DNA of 64,000 bases. Origin: Hylemonella sp. (lineage in GTDB: Bacteria; Pseudomonadota; Gammaproteobacteria; Burkholderiales; Burkholderiaceae_C). The position numbers were made by a program, and so were the translations under genes. The notes under the pieces were generated by a model. It saw nothing but the letters and a program-made list of their open reading frames with translations. It was not told the origin of the DNA and made no database searches. This document shows, in pieces, positions 30,424-38,237 of the stretch. Positions within the stretch are counted from its first letter, which is position 1. Every line of letters begins with the position of its first letter. The stretch spans positions 36,019 to 100,018 of the forward strand of contig JAULXO010000004.1 in assembly GCA_032118555.1 (NCBI GenBank), read 5' to 3'.

Positions 30424-31851
30424 TCAGAGCGCGAAGATCTTGCCCGGGTTCATGATGTTCTTCGGGTCGAGCGCGCGCTTGATGCTGCGCATCATGGCCA
30501 CTGCGCCGTCGCCCGTTTCATTCACCAGAAAGCCCATCTTGTGCAGGCCCACACCGTGCTCGCCGGTGCAGGTGCCGCCCAGCTGCAGCGCGCGCGCCAC
30601 CAGCTTGTGGTTGAGTTCTTCGGCAATTTCTCGTTCCTTCGGGCTCTCGGGGTCGATCAGGTAGCCGACGTGGAAGTTACCGTCGCCCACATGGCCGACC
30701 AGGAAGTAGGGAATGCCGCTGGCCTCGGCCTCGTGCACGCTGTCCACCACGGCGGTGGCCAGCTGTGAGATCGGCACGCAGGCGTCGGTGGTGATGGCCA
30801 GGCAGCCGGGGCGCGACTGCAGGCCGGCAAAGTAGGCCATGTGGCGGGCGCTCCACAGGCGGGTGCGTTCCTCCGGCGTAGTGGCCCACTCGAAGGCGTT
30901 GCCGCCGTGCTCGCCCGTGATCTCCTGCACGGTTTCGGCCTGCTCCTGTACGCCGGCCGGCGAGCCGTGGAACTCCATCAGCAGCATGGGCTCTTCGCGC
31001 AGGCTGAGCTTGGAGTGGGCGTTGACGGCGCGCACGGTATTGGCGTCGATCAGTTCCACGCGCGCGATCGGAATGCCCATCTGGATGATCTGGATGGTGG
31101 CGTGCACCGCCGCCGCAATGCTGGGGAAGGAGCAGACCGCGGCCGAGATGGCCTCGGGCAGCGGGTAGAGCTTGAGCGTGATCTCGGTCATCACGCCCAG
31201 CGTGCCCTCGCTGCCGACAAACAGGCGCGTGAGGTCGTAGCCGGCGGAGGATTTCTTGGCGCGTGTGCCGGTGCGGATGACCTCGCCGTTGGCGGTGACC
31301 ACTTCCAGTGCCAGCACGTTCTCGCGCATGGTGCCGTAGCGCACGGCGTTGGTGCCGGAGGCGCGGGTGGCGCTCATGCCGCCGATGGTGGCATCCGCCC
31401 CAGGGTCGATGGGGAAGAACAGGCCGGTGGTCTTGATCTCGTCGTTGAGCTGCTTGCGCGTCACGCCCGGCTGCACGGTGACCGTCAGGTCTTCGGCATT
31501 GACGCTCAGCACCTTGTTCATGCGCGAGACGTCGAGGCTGATGCCGCCTTGCACCGCCAGCAGATGGCCTTCGAGCGAGGAGCCGACGCCAAAGGGAATC
31601 ACCGGCACGCTGTACTCGCTCGCCAGCGCCACCGCGGCGGCCACGTCGGCCGTGCTTTCGGCAAACACCACCGCCGAGGGCGGTGGCACGTTGGTGAAGG
31701 CCGACTCATCACGGCCATGCTGCTGGCGCACCGCCAGCGCGGTGGAGCAGCGCTCGCCGAAGCGCGCCTTCAGCGCCTCGATCAACGCCGGCGGCACCTC
31801 GCGCTGGTGGACTTCGGGCAGCAGGTGGGCGGCAGGGGCGGGTGCGTTCAT
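30424..31851 (-). CDS. FAD-linked oxidase (D-lactate dehydrogenase/GlcD family)
   Basis: PFGVGSSLEG, DPGADATIGG, GSEGTLG, HVGDGNFH, GEHGVG, LDPKNIMNPGK. Confidence 0.94.
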   Translation of the reverse strand: MNAPAPAAHLLPEVHQREVPPALIEALKARFGERCSTALAVRQQHGRDESAFTNVPPPSAVVFAESTADVAAAVALASEYSVPVIPFGVGSSLEGHLLAVQGGISLDVSRMNKVLSVNAEDLTVTVQPGVTRKQLNDEIKTTGLFFPIDPGADATIGGMSATRASGTNAVRYGTMRENVLALEVVTANGEVIRTGTRAKKSSAGYDLTRLFVGSEGTLGVMTEITLKLYPLPEAISAAVCSFPSIAAAVHATIQIIQMGIPIARVELIDANTVRAVNAHSKLSLREEPMLLMEFHGSPAGVQEQAETVQEITGEHGGNAFEWATTPEERTRLWSARHMAYFAGLQSRPGCLAITTDACVPISQLATAVVDSVHEAEASGIPYFLVGHVGDGNFHVGYLIDPESPKEREIAEELNHKLVARALQLGGTCTGEHGVGLHKMGFLVNETGDGAVAMMRSIKRALDPKNIMNPGKIFAL

Positions 31852-31961
31852 GGTGGTGTCTCCGGGCGGCCCCGGCAGGTGCGAGGGCTGGGGAATAATG
31901 GCTGTTTCCGGGCCTGAGCATCAGGCCCTGTCAGCCCACATTTTGATCCAAGGTTGCCATC

Positions 31962-32519
31962 ATGGGAAATCGCCTCACGCAAATCGCCACCCGCACCGGA
32001 GACAGCGGCACCACCGGCCTGGGGGACAACAAGCGCGTCTCCAAGAACAGCCTGCGTGTGCACGCCATGGGCGAGGTGGACGAGCTCAACTCCAACATCG
32101 GCGTGCTGCTTTGCGAAGAGATGCCTGCCGATGTGCGGGCCGTGCTGGTGGAGATCCAGCACCAGCTCTTCAACCTGGGCGGTGAGCTGTCCATTCCGGG
32201 TTACGAGCTGCTCAAGCAGGAAGCGGTGCTGGCGCTCGATGAGGCACTGGCCACCTACAACGAACAGCTGCCGCGGCTGCAGGAGTTCATCCTGCCGGCC
32301 GGCTCGCGCGCGGCCGCGCTCTCGCACGTCTGCCGCACCGTGGCGCGCCGCGCCGAGCGTGCGGTGGTGGCGCTGGGCAACGAAGAGGCCATCCGCGAGG
32401 CGCCGCGCCAGTACCTCAATCGCCTCTCCGACCTGATGTTCGTGCTGGCACGCGTGCTCAATCGCATGAACGGCGGTGATGACGTGTATTGGAAGAGCGA
32501 GCGCCTGCAGCAGGGGTAA
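31962..32519 (+). CDS. PduO-type cob(I)alamin adenosyltransferase
   Basis: TRTGDSGTT, GEVDELNS, FILPAG, RRAER, YLNRLSD. Confidence 0.94.
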   Translation: MGNRLTQIATRTGDSGTTGLGDNKRVSKNSLRVHAMGEVDELNSNIGVLLCEEMPADVRAVLVEIQHQLFNLGGELSIPGYELLKQEAVLALDEALATYNEQLPRLQEFILPAGSRAAALSHVCRTVARRAERAVVALGNEEAIREAPRQYLNRLSDLMFVLARVLNRMNGGDDVYWKSERLQQG

Positions 32520-32525
32520 GTCGTC

Positions 32526-32942
32526 ATGCAAGTCGAACGCAGCATTCTTGTGCAAGCCCCGGCCGAGCGCGTTTTCGGCATCTACCAGAACGTCTCTGCC
32601 TGGCATACCTGGGACCCCGATACCAAGCGCGCGTCGCTGGAGGGTCCCTTTGCCGTTGGCTCGCGTGGTTCCCTCACCCCGACCAGAGGCAACACCGTGC
32701 CTATGCTCGTCACCAGGGTCGAGCCCAATGTCTGCTTCACCGTAGAGTCCAAGATCCCCTTGTTCCGTATGCTCTTCGAGCACGAGCTTGTTCCCCAAGG
32801 CAACGCAGTCCAGGTGATTCATCGCGTCACCTTCTCCGGGCTGCTCACGTTCCTGCTGGGCCGCATGCTGGTCAAGCAACTCCATCAAGGGCTCCCGGTC
32901 ACGCTCGCGAACCTCAAGCGCATCGCAGAAAGTGCTGACTAG
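32526..32942 (+). CDS. SRPBCC/polyketide cyclase-like protein
   Basis: IL.QAPAERVF..Y.NVSAWHTWDP, GPFAVG, LANLKRIAE. Confidence 0.82.
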   Translation: MQVERSILVQAPAERVFGIYQNVSAWHTWDPDTKRASLEGPFAVGSRGSLTPTRGNTVPMLVTRVEPNVCFTVESKIPLFRMLFEHELVPQGNAVQVIHRVTFSGLLTFLLGRMLVKQLHQGLPVTLANLKRIAESAD

Positions 32943-33055
32943 ACGCGCGGTCTTGCGGTGGCGTTTGGCGGGTTTGTGCGCGCCGCCCAGTCAGCGACAT
33001 GTGATGGTCTGAAGCGGCCGTCCGTCGGCAACGGGCGGCTGCCGTCGACGCGCAG

Positions 33056-33092
33056 AAAAAAAGCCTGCCCGGATCCCGGGCAGGCTTTTTTT
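33056..33092. terminator. Bidirectional intrinsic terminator
   Basis: A7-GCCTGCCCGG-ATC-CCGGGCAGGC-T7 between convergent genes. Confidence 0.9.
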
Positions 33093-33104
33093 GGGAGGTT
33101 CCCT

Positions 33105-34391
33105 TCAGCGCTGGCGGTTCAGCAGCGCGTACAGCAGGATGGCGCCGAAGGTCGCGGTGCCGATGCCGCCCAGCGCGAACTGGCCGAACTTCAGGGTGAA
33201 GTCGCCGGTACCCAGCACCAAGGTGACGGCAGCGACGATCAGGTTCTTGTTGTCGCTGAAGTCCACCTTGTTGTCGACCCAGATCTTGGCGCCGGCCACC
33301 GCAATCAGGCCGAACACCACGATGGAGACCCCACCCATCACCGGCAGCGGGATGGCCTGGATCACGGCGCCGAACTTGGGGCTGAAGCCCAGCAGCACGG
33401 CCAACAGCGCGGCCACGACGAAGATGGCGGTGGAGTAGATCTTGGTGGCCGCCATGACACCGATGTTCTCGGCATAGGTGGTGACACCGGTGCCGCCGGC
33501 GGCACCGCTGACCATGGTGGCCACGCCGTCACCGATGAAGGCCCGGCCCATGTACTGGTCGAGGTTCTTGCCGGTCATGGCGGTCACGGCCTTGATGTGA
33601 CCCAGGTTCTCGGCCACCAGGATGATGGCCACCGGGGCGATCAGCAGCATGGCGTTGGCCTCGAACACCGGCGCCGCGAAGTTCGGCAGGCCGAACCAGG
33701 CGGCGTTCATCACGCCCGACAGGTCGAGCGGCTTGCCCAGGCCCAGGCCGTTGGTGAGCACGGCGTAGATGACGCTGGCGACGATCAGGCCCACCAGAAT
33801 GAGCAGGCGTTGCACCATGCCGCGCGTGAGCACCGCCACCAGGCCGACGCTGACGAAGGTGACCAGCTGCATCCAGGAATCGAAGTTGCTGGCCGCCATG
33901 TTCTTCACCGGAATGCCGGCCAGGTTCAGACCGATCACGGCCACCACGGCGCCGGTGACCACCGGCGGCATGAAACGTTCGATCCAGCCGGTGCCGATGG
34001 CCTGCACGACAAAGCCGATCAGGGTGTAGACCACGCCGCAGGCGATGATGCCGCCCAGGGCCACGCCGATGTTGGCGTTCGGTCCCTTGCCGGCAAAGGC
34101 GGTGGCGGCGATCACCACGCCGATGAAGGCGAAGCTCGAGCCCAGGTAGCTCGGCACCTTGCCGCCGGTGATGAAGAAGAAGATCAGCGTGCCGATGCCG
34201 CTCATCAGGATGGCGATGTTGGGATCGAAGCCCATCAGGATGGGCGCGAGCACGGTGGCGCCGAACATGGCGATCACGTGCTGCACGCCCATGACGGCGG
34301 TTTGCGGCCAGGGCAGGCGCTCGTCGGGGCCGATCACCCCGCCTTGCTGCAGAACCTCGGCTTGTTTTTCAGTCCATTGGAACAGGGGCAT
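33105..34391 (-). CDS. NCS2 uracil/pyrimidine permease (UraA/RutG-like)
   Basis: [33 protein letters not shown]. Confidence 0.94.
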   Translation of the reverse strand: MPLFQWTEKQAEVLQQGGVIGPDERLPWPQTAVMGVQHVIAMFGATVLAPILMGFDPNIAILMSGIGTLIFFFITGGKVPSYLGSSFAFIGVVIAATAFAGKGPNANIGVALGGIIACGVVYTLIGFVVQAIGTGWIERFMPPVVTGAVVAVIGLNLAGIPVKNMAASNFDSWMQLVTFVSVGLVAVLTRGMVQRLLILVGLIVASVIYAVLTNGLGLGKPLDLSGVMNAAWFGLPNFAAPVFEANAMLLIAPVAIILVAENLGHIKAVTAMTGKNLDQYMGRAFIGDGVATMVSGAAGGTGVTTYAENIGVMAATKIYSTAIFVVAALLAVLLGFSPKFGAVIQAIPLPVMGGVSIVVFGLIAVAGAKIWVDNKVDFSDNKNLIVAAVTLVLGTGDFTLKFGQFALGGIGTATFGAILLYALLNRQR

Positions 34392-34518
34392 TGTTTTTCT
34401 CCGGGTTGTAAGGTGGGGCGATGCTAAAGCATTCCTCGTGCCAGGCACAGCGGACGGACCCGCGCGACAATACGGGCCAAGATTTATCCATTCATCACCC
34501 CGAGCGAAAGTAAGCGCC

Positions 34519-35172
34519 ATGATCCCGATCGACCCGGCCGCCCGCGCCAACGTCCATCTCATCGACCACCCGCTGGTGCAGCACAAGCTGACCCTGATGC
34601 GCAAGAAGGAGGCCAGCACCAGCAGCTTCCGCCGCCTGCTCAACGAACTGGCCGCGCTGATGATCTACGAGGTCTGCCGCGACATGCCGCTGCAGGACGT
34701 GCAGATCGAAACCCCGCTGGAGACCATGACGGGCAAGGTGATTGACGGCAAGAAGCTGGTGTTTGCCAGCATCCTGCGCGCCGGCAATGGCATCCTGGAC
34801 GGCGTGCTGTCGGTGGTGCCGGGCGCGCGCGTGGGCCATGTGGGCCTGTACCGCGACCCGCAGACCCTGCAGGCCGTGGAGTACTACTTCAAGATGCCCA
34901 AGAACATGGAAGAGCGCGACATCGTGGTGGTCGATCCCATGCTGGCCACCGGCAACTCGGCCGCCGCCGCGGTGGCGCGTCTGAAGCAGTGCAAGCCCAA
35001 GTCGATCAAGTTCCTCTGCCTGCTGACCTGTCCCGAGGGCATCAACACGCTCTACAAGGAGCACCCGGACGTGCCGGTCTACACCGCCGCCATCGACCGC
35101 GAACTCAACGACCACGGCTACATCCTGCCCGGCCTGGGCGACGCGGGCGACCGTATTTTCGGTACGCAGTAA
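34519..35172 (+). CDS. upp: Uracil phosphoribosyltransferase
   Basis: [43 protein letters not shown]. Confidence 0.97.
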   Translation: MIPIDPAARANVHLIDHPLVQHKLTLMRKKEASTSSFRRLLNELAALMIYEVCRDMPLQDVQIETPLETMTGKVIDGKKLVFASILRAGNGILDGVLSVVPGARVGHVGLYRDPQTLQAVEYYFKMPKNMEERDIVVVDPMLATGNSAAAAVARLKQCKPKSIKFLCLLTCPEGINTLYKEHPDVPVYTAAIDRELNDHGYILPGLGDAGDRIFGTQ

Positions 35173-35317
35173 GCGGCCGCTTACGCCACGCGGGGCCACC
35201 GTCCAGTGGCCACAAAAACCATGTATGTCCCGACTGGTTGGAGGCCGGGAACTCGGGTAATCTGATCGCTCCACGCGACATCCGCGCGACGAATACGCAT
35301 AGCGCAAAGGAGTGGCC

Positions 35318-36364
35318 ATGAGAGAGCGCAGGCGATTACTGCTCCGGTCCGGGCTCTGGACCGCCGCCGTTGGGGTTGCCGCGGTCGGGCGGCTGCAGGC
35401 GGCACCTGCTCCTGCTCCCGTGCTGCGCCCCACCACCATCGCCGTGCCCGGCCCGGGTTGCCTGCCCTACCTGCCGCTGCTGCTGGCGCCCAAGCTCGGG
35501 GCCGACCGGCAGGAGGGACTGGCTTTGGAGGTGCGTGCCGTCGGCGGTGACCCGCTGGCACTGCACGCCTTGCAGGCCGGCGAGGTGGACTTTGCGGCGG
35601 CCGGCTTGCCGTCGGCTGCGGTGCGCCGCGCCAAGGGCAAACCACTGCAGGCCCTGGCGCCGTTGACCCAGGTGCCGGCCTACACCCTGGTGGTGCAGAC
35701 CGGGCTCAAGGGCCGGGTGCAGAAGGTGCAGGACCTGGCCGGGCGGGTGATCGGCGTCGAGGGTCGCACCGTGGATGGCCGTGCCACCTCGCACCTGCTG
35801 GCCGACTTCCTGCTGCAGCAGGCGGGGGTGGAGCCCAAGCGTGTGCGTTTCATGGCCGTCAGCGAAAACTACGCCAACCAGCGCGCCATGCTGGGCAGCG
35901 GCACGGTGCAGGCGTTGATGACGGTGGAGCCCTTTGCCGGCCGCCTGGTACGTGAGGGCTGGGGCTTTGTGCTGCAGGACTTCCACGACCCGGCGAGCAC
36001 ACGCGCCGCACTGGGGGGCCTGTTCACCAATGCGGTGCTGCTGACACGCGACGAGGTGGTGGCCGAGCACCCCGATTGGTGCGATCGCCTGGTCAAGACC
36101 TTGCGCCGCACCCTGGCCTGGCAGGCGCGTCGCGCGCCGCAGGAGGTGGTGCAGATGCTGGCGCTGGCTGATGCGCGCGAGCGCGACAACCTGCTGGAAG
36201 CGCTCAAGCAGCGGCGTACCGTTTTCCCGGCCGATGTGCGCTTCTCGTCGGCGCAGCTGGCCGCAGCCGAGGCGCTGCTGCAGGCCGTGGAGCCGACCGC
36301 GCGCCGCGGCGGTTTGGGCATGGGCGGCCTGGTCAACGAGCGCTGGGCCGGGCGCATGCCCTGA
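35318..36364 (+). CDS. Orphan NMT1/TauA-like periplasmic substrate-binding protein
   Basis: Tat-like RRRLL leader, YLPL.LA..LG...EGL, DLAGRVIGV, VEPF. Confidence 0.75.
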   Translation: MRERRRLLLRSGLWTAAVGVAAVGRLQAAPAPAPVLRPTTIAVPGPGCLPYLPLLLAPKLGADRQEGLALEVRAVGGDPLALHALQAGEVDFAAAGLPSAAVRRAKGKPLQALAPLTQVPAYTLVVQTGLKGRVQKVQDLAGRVIGVEGRTVDGRATSHLLADFLLQQAGVEPKRVRFMAVSENYANQRAMLGSGTVQALMTVEPFAGRLVREGWGFVLQDFHDPASTRAALGGLFTNAVLLTRDEVVAEHPDWCDRLVKTLRRTLAWQARRAPQEVVQMLALADARERDNLLEALKQRRTVFPADVRFSSAQLAAAEALLQAVEPTARRGGLGMGGLVNERWAGRMP

Positions 36365-37271
36365 GCGCGGTGTCCGGTTCCGTCACATAGCGCACCACCT
36401 TGTCCAGCACCTGCGCATCGCGCAGGATCTTGGCGTGGCCCAGGCCTTCGGTGGCCATCAGCTCGGCGCCGGCAATCGCCCGGGCATAGGCCTGGCCGTC
36501 GGCGAAGCGGTTGATGCGGTCACCGCGGTCATGCACCACCAGCGTCGGCACATGGATGCGCGGGCCCACGGCGGCCGGCTCGAACTGCGGCATGAGGATG
36601 CCCTCGCGCGCCTCGATGCGCTGCTGCAGCGCGGCGCGCGTGGCCTCGCTCAGGCCGAACATGCGCGCGAACAGCCGGGTGTACTCGTAAGGCGATGCCG
36701 GCGGCGCCAGCAGCACCAGCCGTTGCGCGGACAGTCCGCGGCTCACGGCATGGGCGGCGGCGTTGGCGCCGAGCGAGTGGGCCACCACCGCGTGCAGTCC
36801 GGACCCGTGTTGCTGCAGACGAGCCGCCGCGTACTCCAGCGCGCGGGCGAACTGCGGCAGGTTGCTCACCGAGCCGGCGCTGCGGCCGTGGGCCGGCATG
36901 TCCAGCAACACGGCTTGCAGCCCGTGCGCTTCGAGAGCCGAGGCCAGTGCCAGCATCTGGCCCGCATGGCCGCCCCAGCCATGCACCAGCAGCACCACCG
37001 GACCCTCGGTTGCGTTTGGGCGGGTGTAGAGCGTGAGGCTGGCGCGCTCGAACGGCCAGGCCTCAGCTTGCCAGCCGGCAGGGCTCGCGCGATGCCGGCC
37101 GAGGACTCGCAACGGTCGCGCCGGCAACGGCGTGCCGAACAGGCGGCAGGCTGCGCGCACGGCCAGGGCGGGCCACAGGCGCTGGGAAGCGCCCAGGCCC
37201 AGGCGCAGCAGGCGCAACAGCGGGCCGTTGGCGAGCGGGGGTGGTGTGGATGAGGCGGGGGCGTGCGTCAT
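36333..37271 (-). CDS. Alpha/beta hydrolase
   Basis: LLVHGWGG, DMPAHGRS, AHSLG, VHDRGD, GLGHAKIL. Confidence 0.92.
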   Translation of the reverse strand: MTHAPASSTPPPLANGPLLRLLRLGLGASQRLWPALAVRAACRLFGTPLPARPLRVLGRHRASPAGWQAEAWPFERASLTLYTRPNATEGPVVLLVHGWGGHAGQMLALASALEAHGLQAVLLDMPAHGRSAGSVSNLPQFARALEYAAARLQQHGSGLHAVVAHSLGANAAAHAVSRGLSAQRLVLLAPPASPYEYTRLFARMFGLSEATRAALQQRIEAREGILMPQFEPAAVGPRIHVPTLVVHDRGDRINRFADGQAYARAIAGAELMATEGLGHAKILRDAQVLDKVVRYVTEPDTALRACARPSAR

Positions 37272-37293
37272 GACAGTCTCCGGTGCGCGGCGG

Positions 37294-37407
37294 TCAATAG
37301 AAGATCCAGTCGCGGTTGCTGCGCGGCAGGCTGCGCAGCGACGCAAAGGCGGCGGTCACGCCGCGAACCAGCAGGTACAGGCCGAAGCCGGCAAGAACGA
37401 TCCACAT
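37294..37407 (-). CDS. Small membrane protein, 37 aa (MWIVLAGFGLYLLVRGVTAAFASLRSLPRSNRDWIFY)
   Basis: Strong RBS AAAGGAG, one hydrophobic helix, sits between an operator and the hydrolase; below the ORF-track cutoff. Confidence 0.75.
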   Translation of the reverse strand: MWIVLAGFGLYLLVRGVTAAFASLRSLPRSNRDWIFY

Positions 37408-37421
37408 GGTTAGCTCCTTTC

Positions 37422-37439
37422 TTCGCACGACTGTGCGAA
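37422..37439. promoter_or_regulatory. Candidate TetR operator TTCGCACGACTGTGCGAA
   Basis: 7-bp perfect arms; a related copy lies upstream of tetR. Confidence 0.7.
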
Positions 37440-37497
37440 ATTTGGGTGGACAAACAGGGCGGGCATGGTGAAACAGGGGCGGCGTTGGAAGGGAGGA

Positions 37498-38106
37498 TCA
37501 GGCCCGGTAGCTCTGCAGCAGGCGCTGCCAGGTGGCCAGGGCGCGGTCGGCGGCAGTCGGGTCGCGCAGGAAGCGGGCGTCGTGCAGCAGACCGATGGCG
37601 ATGCCGTAGATCTCACCCACCAGCTGTTCGGGCACGGCGTCGGCTTTCAGGTGGCCGGCCTCCACCGCCTGCTGCACGGTGCGGCGCAGCGCGGCGCGCC
37701 AGCGCGTGATCTCCTGCAACAGCAGGTCGCGCAGCTCGCCTTCGCGGTCGTCCAGCTCGAAGGCGCCGGGGATGTAGATGCAGCTGTTGCTGACCTCCGC
37801 CACGCTCAGGCGTGCCACCCAGCGGCGCACGATCTCGTCGAGTCGCGGCAGACCCTTGGGCTTTTGCATGGCGGGGGCAAACACGTCGGCCAGGAAACGC
37901 CGGCCGAACTCCTCCACCACTGCTTTCTGCAGTGCCTCGCGCGAGCCGACGCGCGAGAACACCCCGCTCTTGGACAGCCCGATGCGGTCGGCAACGGCCT
38001 GCAGCGTCAGCGCTTCCAACCCTTCGGCCGCGGCCAGATCGACCCCGGCGCCGACGATGGCGGCGCGGGTCAACTCACTTTTGGCGGTCTTGGCGTCCAG
38101 GCTCAT
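37498..38106 (-). CDS. TetR/AcrR-family transcriptional regulator
   Basis: TRAAIV..GV.LA..EGLE.LTL..VA..IGLSKSGVFSRVGSRE.L. Confidence 0.93.
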   Translation of the reverse strand: MSLDAKTAKSELTRAAIVGAGVDLAAAEGLEALTLQAVADRIGLSKSGVFSRVGSREALQKAVVEEFGRRFLADVFAPAMQKPKGLPRLDEIVRRWVARLSVAEVSNSCIYIPGAFELDDREGELRDLLLQEITRWRAALRRTVQQAVEAGHLKADAVPEQLVGEIYGIAIGLLHDARFLRDPTAADRALATWQRLLQSYRA

Positions 38107-38116
38107 GAGCAGCAAT

Positions 38117-38134
38117 TTAGCACAATCGTACGAA
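38117..38134. promoter_or_regulatory. Candidate TetR autoregulatory operator TTAGCACAATCGTACGAA
   Basis: Similar to the 37422 palindrome; ~10 nt upstream of the tetR ATG. Confidence 0.65.
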
Positions 38135-38237
38135 AATGCAAGTTGACGAGCGAACCGCCACGCTACGGGTAAATCCGGGGCCGGTTTGTCGCCGCTGCGG
38201 CTGCGGCGCGCCGCAGGCTCGTGCCATGATGAAACGC

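Noticed and set aside
29790-30673. Diversity-generating retroelement TR/VR pair
   Set aside because: Mismatches between the two copies are not adenine-specific, and there is no reverse transcriptase in the window.
31851-31962. Cobalamin riboswitch upstream of the adenosyltransferase
   Set aside because: The spacer is short and lacks a B12-box or other conserved core.
35172-35317. Riboswitch upstream of the orphan binding protein
   Set aside because: Only short stems; no TPP, c-di-GMP or purine aptamer consensus recognised.
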